Shown here piece by piece: positions 41,290 through 52,062 of a stretch of 64,000 nt of DNA. Made by a program: the position numbers and the translations under genes. The notes under the pieces were generated by a model, which searched no databases, was not told where the DNA came from, and saw only the letters and a list, made by a program, of their open reading frames with translations. Source of the stretch: Candidatus Falkowbacteria bacterium (GTDB lineage Bacteria > Patescibacteriota > Patescibacteriia > Patescibacteriales > UBA12465); assembly GCA_026396805.1 (NCBI GenBank), contig JAPLVZ010000012.1:8127-72126 (forward strand), in the 5' to 3' direction. How positions within the stretch are numbered: the stretch's first letter is position 1; the number at the start of each line of letters is the position of its first letter.

Positions 41290-42771
41290 ATGTCCGATGA
41301 CAATTTAGAAGATTTATACAATTCTAAATATTATGAACTGGGTGAATTCGGATTTGAGGATAAAGGGCGTCCTGATTTTATTTTGAATTTTGTAAAAATT
41401 AAACCCGCCGATAGAGTGCTGGAAGTCGGTTGTGGTTTGGGCGTTTTATTGAAACAAATCCCATCCGAAAATAAAATCGGCGTAGAAACTAATGATTTCG
41501 CAATCGAAAAATGCCTGCAGAAAGGGTTAACAGTTATAAAAGCGGATGCGGAAAAGAGATTGCCGTTTGAAGATTCATCTTTTGATGTGGTGATATTAAT
41601 CGAAGTGATTGAGCATTTGCATAAACCGGGGCCAGTGCTTAAAGAATGTTTTAGAGTTCTATCTTCTAATGGCCGAATTTTCATGACTACGCCCATCCGT
41701 AGCTTTTTTGCTCATAATCTTGCTGAGACCCATTTCTCTGAGATGACGGTTAAAGAGCTGAGAGAATTAGTTGAAAAATGCGGATTTCAAGTTTTAGCTC
41801 ATAAAGCCTGCGGGATTTCCTTTCTTTACCCGATGTTAGAAAATATATTTTTCAAACCTTTTAGGGTTTTAAGATTTGGTTTTAAAGGAAAAAGAGAAAA
41901 AGCAACTGGATTAATCGATTCTTGTCACGCCCTGGCCGATAAAACTCTTTTAAAGCCATTAAATATTTATCGAAAGAGATTTTTAGGTTTGGGCATAAAC
42001 CAGTTAATATTTGCTCAAAAGAATAAGGAAAGTATTGAGTTGTATGATCAAAAATACTATCAAATGCATGAATTTGTTTTCAAAACCGAGGAACGAACTG
42101 ATTATAAGCGTATATTAGAATTATTAAACCCAGAACCTGACGATAAAGTCTTGGAAATAGGGTGCGGATTTGGGGTTTTGCTAAAAAAAATTTTTGCAAA
42201 AAAAAAGATAGGAATAGAGACAAATGACACTGCTATTGAAGAATGCCGGAAGCGAGGTATTTCTGTTATAAAAGCTGATGTTGAGAAAGGGCTACCTTTT
42301 GAGAGTTCATCCTTTAGTATTGTGATTATGAATGAAGTAATCGCCCATTTAAGAAACCCTAAGTTTGTACTTGACGAATGTTTTCGCGTTTTAATGCCAA
42401 AGGGAAAGATTATAATAACTACTCCAGCGCGAAATTTATTTTTTAGAAATATTTCTCAAACCCATCTCTCCGAGATGACAATTAAAGAAACAAGGGCACT
42501 ATTTGAAAAATGCGGATTTCAAATTTTAGCTCATGAAGTATGTGGCATTTCTTTTCTTTATCCGCTGTTAGAAAATATATTTTTTAAACCTTTTAGGGTT
42601 TTAAGATTCGCTTTCAAGGAAAAACAGAACGGAGCGGGTACCTTAATAGATTCCTGTCACAGGATAGCCGACAGTACGATTTTAAAACCACTCAGTTATT
42701 ACCGGAAGCATTTCTTGGGACTTGGCTTAAATCAACTTATATTTGCTCAAAAAGATAAAACTAAGATTTAA
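41290..42771 (+). CDS. Tandem double-domain SAM methyltransferase
   Basis: Two ~244-aa repeats: VLEVGCGLG and VLEIGCGFG, each with LPFE.SSF and ECFRVL. Confidence 0.88.
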   Translation: MSDDNLEDLYNSKYYELGEFGFEDKGRPDFILNFVKIKPADRVLEVGCGLGVLLKQIPSENKIGVETNDFAIEKCLQKGLTVIKADAEKRLPFEDSSFDVVILIEVIEHLHKPGPVLKECFRVLSSNGRIFMTTPIRSFFAHNLAETHFSEMTVKELRELVEKCGFQVLAHKACGISFLYPMLENIFFKPFRVLRFGFKGKREKATGLIDSCHALADKTLLKPLNIYRKRFLGLGINQLIFAQKNKESIELYDQKYYQMHEFVFKTEERTDYKRILELLNPEPDDKVLEIGCGFGVLLKKIFAKKKIGIETNDTAIEECRKRGISVIKADVEKGLPFESSSFSIVIMNEVIAHLRNPKFVLDECFRVLMPKGKIIITTPARNLFFRNISQTHLSEMTIKETRALFEKCGFQILAHEVCGISFLYPLLENIFFKPFRVLRFAFKEKQNGAGTLIDSCHRIADSTILKPLSYYRKHFLGLGLNQLIFAQKDKTKI

Positions 42772-42833
42772 CTCAGTTCTCATGAAAACGACAAAATTTA
42801 CAAGTATAAAATTTATTTAATTAATAATAATTT

Positions 42834-43940
42834 ATGAACAATGAAAAAATAGTTTTATTTTATCCTCATGTCCCGGAGGCGGCAAGAGAAGAGGCCAGGA
42901 AAATATTAGATACGCGTTGGATTGGGCAAGGGCCAAAGGTTGATGAATTTGAGAATGTTTGGTTTGACCAAATTTCTCATCCTAATAAAGCAGTAGCGGT
43001 CGGTTCAGGAACCGATGCCCTTCATCTAGCCTACATTTTGGCCGGTGTCGGCAAAGGAGATGAGGTTATCACCCCTGTTTTTACCTGTACTGCTACTAAT
43101 ACCCCAATTTTTTACCAAGGCGCAAAACCAGTTTTTGCTGATATCAAGCCAGAAAGTCTCAATATCGACGTAAAGAGCGTTGAAAAATTAGTTAATGAGC
43201 GAACGAAAGCTATTGTTTGTGTTGACTATGGCGGACTCCCGGCTGATTTGGATGAACTTCAAGCCATTGCTGACAAATGGCACATCCCTCTTATTGAAGA
43301 TGCGTGTCAGGCTCATGGAGCAATGTATAAAGGGCGTTACGTTGGTAGCATTTCCGACTTTACTGCATTTTCATTCCAGGCAATTAAAATTATTACTACC
43401 TGTGACGGTGGGATGCTAACGCTAAAAAATTCTGAGTTAGAAGATAAGGCGAAAAGAATCAGATGGTTTGGGATAGATAGGCAAGCAAAAATAGCTGATC
43501 GTTGGAAAAATGATATTATTGAAGTCGGCTATAAATATCAAATGACGGATATTTCGGCGGCCATGGGCTTAGAAGCAATGAAAATATTACCACAAACATT
43601 AGCACATCATCGAGAACTTTTTGAGGCATATCGCGAAGGTTTGAGGGGAATCCCCGGAATTACTTTTATCGGTGACGACGATGACCATCGGTCATCATGC
43701 TGGTTGTGTACTGTCTTAGTAGAAAGAAGAGAGGACTTAAAAAAGAAACTAGCCGAAAATGGGATAGAAAGTAACCAAGTCCATTACAGAAATGATATGT
43801 ATACGGTCTTTGGGGGCCGAGTTTCACATTGTCCTAATATGGATAAAATTGAAAGCAAGTATTTAGTTTTACCAATACATTATTTTCTCCAAGTAGAGGA
43901 CATTAAAAGAATATGCGCCGTAATTAAAAGTGGTTGGTAG
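42834..43940 (+). CDS. DegT/DnrJ/EryC1/StrS sugar aminotransferase
   Basis: SGTDALHLA, IEDACQAHG, FSFQAIKIITTCDGG (PLP lysine), GYKYQM. Confidence 0.93.
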   Translation: MNNEKIVLFYPHVPEAAREEARKILDTRWIGQGPKVDEFENVWFDQISHPNKAVAVGSGTDALHLAYILAGVGKGDEVITPVFTCTATNTPIFYQGAKPVFADIKPESLNIDVKSVEKLVNERTKAIVCVDYGGLPADLDELQAIADKWHIPLIEDACQAHGAMYKGRYVGSISDFTAFSFQAIKIITTCDGGMLTLKNSELEDKAKRIRWFGIDRQAKIADRWKNDIIEVGYKYQMTDISAAMGLEAMKILPQTLAHHRELFEAYREGLRGIPGITFIGDDDDHRSSCWLCTVLVERREDLKKKLAENGIESNQVHYRNDMYTVFGGRVSHCPNMDKIESKYLVLPIHYFLQVEDIKRICAVIKSGW

Positions 43941-43966
43941 TTCTAGCCTACTCTAAATATTTGCTT

Positions 43967-44875
43967 ATGAGCGATAGGGAACGTCTAAAGGTTTCTGTAG
44001 TCATACCAACCTTCAATTTGCGGGATGTCTTATTGCAATGTCTAGAATCAATAACTAAGCAGGATTATCCATTAACGGAGATTATCGTAGTTGATAATGC
44101 TTCTACGGACGGAACGAGCGACGCGGTAGCGCAAAAATTTCCTCAAGTAATCCTCATAAAAAATCCGATCAATTTAGGTGTTACTGGTGGGGTGAATACT
44201 GGTCTTGAGCAAGCCACCGGAGATTACATCTGGTTCGTTGATCATGATAATATTTTTTTACAGGATACGCTTTCGGAAATGGTATTATTGGCTGAAACTG
44301 ATTCAAAGATTGGTATCGTTGTCCCTAAAATTTATTATTGGGAGAATAAAAATATTATCTGGGCGGCGGGAACGGGAATGAATATGATTATTGGATCTAA
44401 CACCTCCAGATCCGGATTAGATATCGGCCAATATGAAAAAATCGAAGAAGTCCAAATCGCGCCCGCTAATTTTTTGGTAAGAAGATCTGTTATCAACGGA
44501 ATAGGATTCTATGACAACCTATATTGTATTTCTTATGAGGATGCAGATTTTTCATTTCGTACCCGAGAAGCTGGCTTTAAAATAGTATATACGCCCAAAG
44601 CTGTTTGTTACCACATGATACCACTCCTTAACAAGGAGAGTGGAAAGAAGCGTTGGCTAAGTCGGGCATATTGGGCGGCCAGAAACAAGATTATTTTTAT
44701 GAGAAAGTATTCACCATTTTTTCCTCTCTTTATCACTCTTTATCCAATTTGGTTCAGTATTTATACATATCAGGCCATTAGATATGGTAGTTTCAATGAT
44801 CTCCGTAATTTCTACACAGGCATAATATCCGGGCTTAAGTGGGCATTTTTTGATTACAAAAAGTCAATTAAATAA
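43967..44875 (+). CDS. GT2 glycosyltransferase
   Basis: VSVVIPTFN, VVDNASTDG, VDHD, YEDADFS. Confidence 0.88.
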   Translation: MSDRERLKVSVVIPTFNLRDVLLQCLESITKQDYPLTEIIVVDNASTDGTSDAVAQKFPQVILIKNPINLGVTGGVNTGLEQATGDYIWFVDHDNIFLQDTLSEMVLLAETDSKIGIVVPKIYYWENKNIIWAAGTGMNMIIGSNTSRSGLDIGQYEKIEEVQIAPANFLVRRSVINGIGFYDNLYCISYEDADFSFRTREAGFKIVYTPKAVCYHMIPLLNKESGKKRWLSRAYWAARNKIIFMRKYSPFFPLFITLYPIWFSIYTYQAIRYGSFNDLRNFYTGIISGLKWAFFDYKKSIK

Positions 44876-44884
44876 AGAAATAAA

Positions 44885-45736
44885 ATGAAAAAAATAGATT
44901 TAAAAAAAATTTTTAAAACCCACGGAAAAGTAGATGATGAAAATGGTATTTTTTTCGAACAACTTGTCGGCTTAGGTTTCAGGAAAATTTCCGATATAAT
45001 AATAAATCGTTTAAAAAATTCTAAAATAACACCAAACCAAATCACTATCGCTCGTTCTTTAATTTTGTTGCCAATAATTTTCTATTTTTTTTCCCGAGGG
45101 GACCAGCTGAGTAGTATTATCGGTTTTGTCTGCGCTATGGTGAATTCTTTATTCGATGTATTGGATGGCCAATTAGCTAGAGCAAAATCAATCGTCAGCA
45201 AGTTAGGCGCTTTTTTGGATGATATCTCAGACCGATTAACTTCCTATTTGGTATTTACCGCCATAATATTAGGGGCCTACCGCGTAACGCAGAATAATAA
45301 TATATTAATAATGGGAGTTTTTGTTTTATTTTTTCATGGGATGCTGGCGGTTATCTCAGAAAAATACGGCCTAGCCTTCGGAGGGTATGAAGCTTTTTTC
45401 GGTCTTAGGATAAAGGAGGCCGTGCTGAATAATGAAAAATCAACCTGGTTAGATAAACTATTCTTAAATTTATTTGGATTTTATTCAGTCCCGTCTTACC
45501 TATTTTTTGCCGTGCGATATCAATTACTGCTAGGCGTAATTTTTAATATTATGCCCTATGTAATTTTTTATTGGGTTTTTGCATTTGCATTTCGTGCCGT
45601 TTTTCTATTTATTTTATATACATATATTGTAAGAGAAAGAAATACGGGAGTTTTTTTTATAAATGAATTGAGGAAAATATACGCCGAAAATATGAAATTA
45701 GAAGAGACAAATTTAGGAAATAAATATGGTGAATAA
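44885..45736 (+). CDS. CDP-alcohol phosphotransferase family protein
   Basis: TPNQIT..R and signature DVLDGQLAR...GAFLDDISD. Confidence 0.9.
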   Translation: MKKIDLKKIFKTHGKVDDENGIFFEQLVGLGFRKISDIIINRLKNSKITPNQITIARSLILLPIIFYFFSRGDQLSSIIGFVCAMVNSLFDVLDGQLARAKSIVSKLGAFLDDISDRLTSYLVFTAIILGAYRVTQNNNILIMGVFVLFFHGMLAVISEKYGLAFGGYEAFFGLRIKEAVLNNEKSTWLDKLFLNLFGFYSVPSYLFFAVRYQLLLGVIFNIMPYVIFYWVFAFAFRAVFLFILYTYIVRERNTGVFFINELRKIYAENMKLEETNLGNKYGE

Positions 45737-47408
45737 TCAAAAAGAGGCCAACCTAAAGATAGTATCGGTTATTATTCCGACTTTAAATCGCGCGACAGAA
45801 GTAGCAGATTGTATTAACTCTGTTTTACAGTCTGAATATCAAGACCTAGAGATAATAGTCGTTGACAATGCCTCGGCTGATAATACCGTGAATTTAATTA
45901 ATGATAATTTTAGTAGTAATTCTAAAATTAAATTAATTAGGAGTAAAACAAATTTAGGCGCTGCGGGAGGCAGGAATTTAGGAGCCAAACAGGCCAGCGG
46001 CGAATATCTACTTTTTGTTGACAGCGATAATATTATTGATAATAGGGCGATAACTAATCTGGTCAGTTTTTTTGAAAAAAACAGTGATTGTGGAATGGTC
46101 GGGCCGTTAATGCTTTATAAAGATGATCCGAACACTATTTGGTTAAGTTTCGCTGATATTAATATGGTGACTAGCCAGGCTAAATATCGGGGAACGGGCG
46201 AAAAAAGATCAAAAGAGTTGCCAGAAATAATAGAAGTCGGCCATTTGCCCAATTGTTTTATGGTCAGCAGGGAAGATTTTGAAAGAGTTAATAAGTTTGA
46301 TGAGCGGTATTTTATCATGTATGAGGAGGCGGATTTAGCGGCTAGAATAAAAAAAATTCTGGGTAAAAAGATTTTTTTGTATTCGCCGGCGCTTGTTTAT
46401 CATAACGTACATTTGCCGAACAAAGATCAACCCGTTAATTTTGGCTTTAACTCGGCATATCGCGCTTATCTAACTGCCAGAAACAGGGTTTATTTCATGA
46501 AAAAGAATGCCTCTTGGCTGCAATTTTTAGTTTTTTCTCTAATTTTTAATCCGCTTATTTTTTTGTATTATGAGTTCATGCTGTTAAAACGTGGTGATTT
46601 TAAAAAAGCCTGGGCGTACGCCAACGGAAACTTTGTTGGTTTTTTAAAGATGCCGAAGATTCAAACGCAGAATATTTCGGCCGAACTTGAATTTTTTGAT
46701 AGAATTGCCGCCGAGCACGGCGGCATGGATACTATCTCTGAAGAAGCTTATGAAATAATTTTTAATAAAATAAAGCCTTATCTGAGAGGCAGTTTATTAG
46801 AGGCGGGATGCGGTTCCGGTCCTTTCGGTTTAAAGATAAAACAAAATTTTTTAAATATTAGTATTACCGGAGTTGATATCAATAAAAAATTTATAGACCT
46901 AGCTGAGAGGACCGGAGTATATAATAAGCTAATTTGCGCCAATTTAGAAAATAAAGATATTTTTTTCTCTAACTCCTTTGAAGTAATTATTTGTCCGTAT
47001 ACCGTTCACCATTTTCCGGACATCAGCCAAGTCATTAATAATTTTTTTTATTGGTTAAAACCGGGCGGTTATTTATTACTAATTGAACCTAATGGCTCTA
47101 ATTTAGTTTTGCGCCTTAGTTATTGGTTAAGAATAATTTTATCAAAATTTATAAATATTAAAACCTGGGCTTCAGTTAATGAATCTCATAAGTCAGTTTC
47201 TGAATTAACGGCTAATTTGAATAATTTTAAAATTTGTTCCATAGATTCTTTCGCCCTTCAGGCCAGGAGAAAAGCCAGATTATCGCTTCTTAACCCTATC
47301 AGTATTTTGGCATTTATTCAAAAAATATTGTTGGAATTTTATCAATATTGTCCGTTTGTTAAATTCGGTGGCTCCGATCTAATTATTATTGCTAAAAAGA
47401 ATGAATAA
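45726..47408 (+). CDS. GT2 glycosyltransferase fused to a SAM methyltransferase
   Basis: N-terminal VSVIIPTLNR, VDNAS, FVDSD, YEEAD; C-terminal LEAGCGSG, GVDIN, HHFPD, LKPGG...EPN. Confidence 0.88.
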   Translation: MVNNQKEANLKIVSVIIPTLNRATEVADCINSVLQSEYQDLEIIVVDNASADNTVNLINDNFSSNSKIKLIRSKTNLGAAGGRNLGAKQASGEYLLFVDSDNIIDNRAITNLVSFFEKNSDCGMVGPLMLYKDDPNTIWLSFADINMVTSQAKYRGTGEKRSKELPEIIEVGHLPNCFMVSREDFERVNKFDERYFIMYEEADLAARIKKILGKKIFLYSPALVYHNVHLPNKDQPVNFGFNSAYRAYLTARNRVYFMKKNASWLQFLVFSLIFNPLIFLYYEFMLLKRGDFKKAWAYANGNFVGFLKMPKIQTQNISAELEFFDRIAAEHGGMDTISEEAYEIIFNKIKPYLRGSLLEAGCGSGPFGLKIKQNFLNISITGVDINKKFIDLAERTGVYNKLICANLENKDIFFSNSFEVIICPYTVHHFPDISQVINNFFYWLKPGGYLLLIEPNGSNLVLRLSYWLRIILSKFINIKTWASVNESHKSVSELTANLNNFKICSIDSFALQARRKARLSLLNPISILAFIQKILLEFYQYCPFVKFGGSDLIIIAKKNE

Positions 47409-50400
47409 ATACAAAAAGGCGGCTATTATATTATTATTTTTTTTGATTTCAATCTTGATTATAGCCAAGATTGTTTTTAGTCATGAGCTTATCGGTCGTT
47501 CTTTGGATTTTCCCGTTCCCGCTCCCGCCCAGCTAATAAAAAATATTTATTCTTCCAGTTTTTATTCCTGGCGCGGCATATCTAATGAGGGGGGGAGAAA
47601 TACGTTTTCCGCCACGCTGATTCCAATAAATTTCATTTTATACTTACCAACGCTTTTTAATGCCAGCTCTTGGTTTGTCGGCCGATACCAGATAGTTTTA
47701 ACCTTATTTTTGGGGATGTTTTTTTTCTATATTTTAGCATGGCGTTTATCGAGAGATTATGATATCAAGGAAAATTATAAAATTTTAATTTCCATATTCG
47801 GTGCGTTATTTTTCGTCTTAAATAATTATTTCTTTTGTGAAATAATGTTCGGAAGCAACGTTATGTATTTGACGTTCGCTTTTTTCCCCTTGTTAATTTA
47901 TTCATTGATTTTGTATTTTGAAGATCAAAAGAAAATATTTTTTTTCCTCTCGCTTCTTTCTTTAATTATAATTTCTTCTACTCTACAGCATCTAGTCCTG
48001 GCTTATATAATTTTATTTTTTATCGCCGCTTTTTATAAACAAAAAAAATATTTTTTTATCTTCGGTTTTATCCATTTCTTCTTAAGTCTACATTGGATAT
48101 TGCCTTTAGCGTTTGCTTCTAATGAAGTGCGGACGTTGGAACTGGCCCCTGACTACACGGTTAATCTCCTTGTCTCCTCGCAACATTTTTTAAGCGCCGT
48201 CGTCAATAGTGATTATTTTTGTAGAAGAAATTTATATAATCTGGCCTTAAATAGCGCCTGGCTGTCCGCTGTTTGGGCATTCAATGCCTTTCTTCTGGTA
48301 ATTTTTTCTCTTTTTGCTTTGCTTAAATTGAAGTTTTTTAAAAAGGAACATAAAAAGTTAATAATATTTTCAACCTCATTTTTTTTGGTGGCACTCTTAT
48401 TTACAAAAGGAGGTCGACCACCGCTTGGGGAGATTGTTCTTTATTTATATAATCATATATCATTATTCAACCTCTATCGATCAATCCAGCATTATATCGG
48501 CTTTTATGTCATCGGTGTTTCAATTTTATTTGTTTTTTCCAGTATTTTCTTTGTTTCTAAAAGTAAAAAATGGCTAGTAGTGATTGGCGCGCTGGTTTTA
48601 ATTAACGCTATGCCCTGGTGGTATACTTTAGACATGGGAACCCAAAATATTTATCAGGGGGGGATGCCCAGCTTCTTGGGCCTATATAACCTAACCCCGG
48701 GCAATTGGGAAATGTATAATTTATCTAATAAATTTTTAAATTTTGCTCTTTTACCGATTCCTCCTGGGTATTCAATTAATTTTGAGGCCGTGGGAGCTAA
48801 TAAGTATAGAACGCAAGGCGGGGACGCCGGGCTGGCTTTTGGCAATAAGAAATTCTATGCCGCCGAAAGTAGTTCCATTTTATTAAAAGATACTCTCAAT
48901 AAACTGGAAAATGAGATGTATTCCAACGCCGAATTTTTCAATGACTATAAAAATCTATTTGCTTTATTGAATATTAGGTATTTTGTTTTGCGCGCCGACA
49001 CTAAACCAAATTTTTCCATCAACACCAGATTATTTAATGTTGATAAGGTGCAAGAAGCGATTAGAAACAGTCATATTTTTACCGCCCAAAATACATACGA
49101 TTTCATTACTATTTTAAAGAATGGCGATTTCTTGCCGCAATTTTATGTTCCCAAGATTATAATTCAGACCGATTCTTTTTCCGGATTACTCCCCCTGACG
49201 GACTATAGTCAAGATTTCCTGCCTCGTTTCGCAGTTTTTGATGATTCTATCAATGGTAAAAATTTTCCCTCACAATATATTTCCAACCAGAATCTCAATG
49301 TTGACGCAAGATATTCCACCAATACGAAAAAAATAATTTTTTCAACTGGATTATCGGCGGCGAGTCCTGATAATGGAAATATTAAAAAAGATGTTTACTA
49401 TTTGGCTGGCACCATCGGCGATGTCATGCAAGTCGGGCCCAGCCGGCTTTTTACGATCAAAGAAACATTGAACGAAAGAATGCCAGTGGAATATTCATAT
49501 AGCAACTTAAAATTATATAAAGTTAAAAATTCTCAAAATTTACTTAAAGACGGCTCTTTCGAAAACGGTTTTTGGCGGCCAAAAGTATTTGATTGCACGA
49601 ACGATAAAGAGTATGACCAAACTTTATCAATGAAAATTTCTGATGATGCCAGCGCCGGGAAACACTCTTTAGAATTATCATCGGGTCAACATAGCGCTTG
49701 TACTTCGCGCGTATTTCCCATTAACTTGAAACAAGGGAAATTTTACAAGCTTTCTTTCGATTATAAGAATACCAAAGGCGGACAAGCGCAATATTTTTAT
49801 CAATTATCAGGAAAAAATGGAAATTATCCGTTCGCCGAAACAATTAACGCGAAAAATAATGATTGGAATAAGCTAGAAACGCTGATTGAGGCGAAAGAGA
49901 ATATCAATCAAATTATATTATTCTTTTATTCTCCCCCGGGTGTAGTAGAGAATATTAATGAATATGACAACATTGAGTTGGTGGAATTAACCGAGCCAGA
50001 ACCAAGCAATTTTTTTAACTATTTACAACAAAATAAAGAAATCGAGACCCCCTACTTGGAATTCAAAAAGATCAATCCGACTAAATACCGAGTGGAAATT
50101 CATCAGGCTAAGGGCGATTTCCCCTTGGTTTTTAGCGAGGGTTTTCATAATAGTTGGGCAATATACTTAGGAGACAGAGAAGAAACAAATATTGATAAGA
50201 CGAAGTTAGCCGATTATAAAGAGTTGGACGGCAACGAGGGTGATCAGGCCAGCCCCGCTGAACTTCAGGATTTTATTAATCAAGGATTAATTAGTTCTTT
50301 GGGAAACGGGAAAGAGAAAGAGGCTGCGCACTATAAATGGGGAGGCAATAAAGAGACGCTTGATTATATTGAGAAATACAAAATCGCTTTTATCTCCAAA

Positions 50401-50727
50401 AATTTTCAGGATACGATTCAGAACGATAATTTACCGAATGGACATATTTGGGACACTTGGTTTAAAAACCCTTTGCCGGAAGAAAATCATTTGATGGTTA
50501 ATGGTTATGCAAATAGCTGGGTAGTTGAAACAGAAAAAATTTGTAAAGAGAATCCTGACAAATGTATAAAAAATTCCGACGGTACTTATGACTTTGAACT
50601 GGTAATTGAATTCTGGCCGCAAAGATTGTTCTATCTGGGCCTAGGAATCTCCGGCGCCACCTTGTTGTTATGCCTTGGTTATTTGGTGTATAATTGGGGA
50701 ATTAGAAAGAAAAAATTAAAACAATAA
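47401..50727 (+). CDS. Large polytopic membrane protein, GT-C/YfhO-like, with a periplasmic carbohydrate-binding-like domain
   Basis: About 12 N-terminal TMs, LLNIRYFVLR, NLLKDGSFE beta-sandwich, KKINPTKYRV, VNGYANSW, C-terminal TM. Family is inferred. Confidence 0.6.
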   Translation: MNKYKKAAIILLFFLISILIIAKIVFSHELIGRSLDFPVPAPAQLIKNIYSSSFYSWRGISNEGGRNTFSATLIPINFILYLPTLFNASSWFVGRYQIVLTLFLGMFFFYILAWRLSRDYDIKENYKILISIFGALFFVLNNYFFCEIMFGSNVMYLTFAFFPLLIYSLILYFEDQKKIFFFLSLLSLIIISSTLQHLVLAYIILFFIAAFYKQKKYFFIFGFIHFFLSLHWILPLAFASNEVRTLELAPDYTVNLLVSSQHFLSAVVNSDYFCRRNLYNLALNSAWLSAVWAFNAFLLVIFSLFALLKLKFFKKEHKKLIIFSTSFFLVALLFTKGGRPPLGEIVLYLYNHISLFNLYRSIQHYIGFYVIGVSILFVFSSIFFVSKSKKWLVVIGALVLINAMPWWYTLDMGTQNIYQGGMPSFLGLYNLTPGNWEMYNLSNKFLNFALLPIPPGYSINFEAVGANKYRTQGGDAGLAFGNKKFYAAESSSILLKDTLNKLENEMYSNAEFFNDYKNLFALLNIRYFVLRADTKPNFSINTRLFNVDKVQEAIRNSHIFTAQNTYDFITILKNGDFLPQFYVPKIIIQTDSFSGLLPLTDYSQDFLPRFAVFDDSINGKNFPSQYISNQNLNVDARYSTNTKKIIFSTGLSAASPDNGNIKKDVYYLAGTIGDVMQVGPSRLFTIKETLNERMPVEYSYSNLKLYKVKNSQNLLKDGSFENGFWRPKVFDCTNDKEYDQTLSMKISDDASAGKHSLELSSGQHSACTSRVFPINLKQGKFYKLSFDYKNTKGGQAQYFYQLSGKNGNYPFAETINAKNNDWNKLETLIEAKENINQIILFFYSPPGVVENINEYDNIELVELTEPEPSNFFNYLQQNKEIETPYLEFKKINPTKYRVEIHQAKGDFPLVFSEGFHNSWAIYLGDREETNIDKTKLADYKELDGNEGDQASPAELQDFINQGLISSLGNGKEKEAAHYKWGGNKETLDYIEKYKIAFISKNFQDTIQNDNLPNGHIWDTWFKNPLPEENHLMVNGYANSWVVETEKICKENPDKCIKNSDGTYDFELVIEFWPQRLFYLGLGISGATLLLCLGYLVYNWGIRKKKLKQ

Positions 50728-50744
50728 ACTAATAAATTAATTTT

Positions 50745-52061
50745 ATGGATAAACTAAAAAAAGAAAAAATCGTTTACGTCGGCATGAGCGCTGATTTAAT
50801 TCACCCGGGCCATTTAAATGTGATTAATCACGCTAGGAGCCTTGGCGACGTCATTGTCGGATTATTAACTGATAAAGCCATCGCTAGTTATAAACGTCTG
50901 CCATTTTTAACCTATGAACAAAGAAAAGTAATCATGGAGAATTTAAAAGGGGTAATTGAGGTTATTCCTCAGGATACTTTAGATTATGTCCCTAATTTAA
51001 GGAAAATAAAACCGGATTATGTGGTCCATGGCGATGACTGGAAAGAGGGCACGCAGAAAGAAACTAGGCAGAGGGTTATAGAAGCTTTAAAAGAGTGGGG
51101 AGGAGAATTAGTGGAACTGCCGTACACAAAAGGGATTTCTTCAACTATGCTTCATGAAAAAATTCATGAGATTGGGACCACGCCAGAGATCAGGATGAAA
51201 AGATTAAAGAGATTATTAGAAGTAAAACCAATTCTCCGGATAATGGAGGCTCATAATGGCTTGACCGGTCTTATTGTAGATAATCTTAAGATAAAAGATG
51301 AAAAAGGCATTAAAGAATTTGATGGGATGTGGCTAAGCAGTCTGACTGATTCGACCGCTAAGGGTAAGCCCGATATTGAATGCGTTGATTTGACCTCCCG
51401 ATTAAGCACGGTGAACGATATTATGGAAGTGACGACTAAGCCGATAATTTTCGACGGCGATACCGGTGGCATACCAGAACATTTTGTTTTTGGGGTTAAA
51501 ACTATGGAAAGAATGGGAGTTTCGGCTGTTATAATAGAGGATAAGATCGGCTTGAAGAAAAATTCATTGTTTGGGACTGATGTTGAACAAACTCAAGATA
51601 GCATCGATAGTTTTTGTCATAAAATTTCCGTAGGTAAAAAAGCCCAGGTAACCGATGACTTCATGATTATTGCCAGAATTGAGAGCTTGATTTTAAAGAA
51701 GGGTATGGCGGACGCGCTTAAGCGCGCCGAGGCGTATATCGCGGCCGGTGCTGATGGCATAATGATTCATAGCCGGGAAAAGGACCCCACAGAAGTTTTG
51801 GAATTTTGTCGGGAATATAAAAAATTTAAAAAAATAGTCCCGCTCGTGGCCGTTCCGTCAAGTTATAATCAGATTTATGAAAAGGAATTAATGGAAGCCG
51901 GAGTGAACATCGTAATTTACGCGAATCATTTATTGCGTAGCGCTTATCCGGCGATGGTAAATACGGCTAAATCAATCTTATTAAATGAAAGAGCGCATGA
52001 ATGCGAGAGCGCCTGCATGTCTATAAAGGAGATATTAACTTTAATTCCGGGAGGACAATAA
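50745..52061 (+). CDS. pepM: Phosphoenolpyruvate mutase with N-terminal cytidylyltransferase domain
   Basis: DLIHPGH (HxGH) and [19 protein letters not shown], diagnostic [21 protein letters not shown]. Confidence 0.96.
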   Translation: MDKLKKEKIVYVGMSADLIHPGHLNVINHARSLGDVIVGLLTDKAIASYKRLPFLTYEQRKVIMENLKGVIEVIPQDTLDYVPNLRKIKPDYVVHGDDWKEGTQKETRQRVIEALKEWGGELVELPYTKGISSTMLHEKIHEIGTTPEIRMKRLKRLLEVKPILRIMEAHNGLTGLIVDNLKIKDEKGIKEFDGMWLSSLTDSTAKGKPDIECVDLTSRLSTVNDIMEVTTKPIIFDGDTGGIPEHFVFGVKTMERMGVSAVIIEDKIGLKKNSLFGTDVEQTQDSIDSFCHKISVGKKAQVTDDFMIIARIESLILKKGMADALKRAEAYIAAGADGIMIHSREKDPTEVLEFCREYKKFKKIVPLVAVPSSYNQIYEKELMEAGVNIVIYANHLLRSAYPAMVNTAKSILLNERAHECESACMSIKEILTLIPGGQ

Positions 52062-52062
52062 T

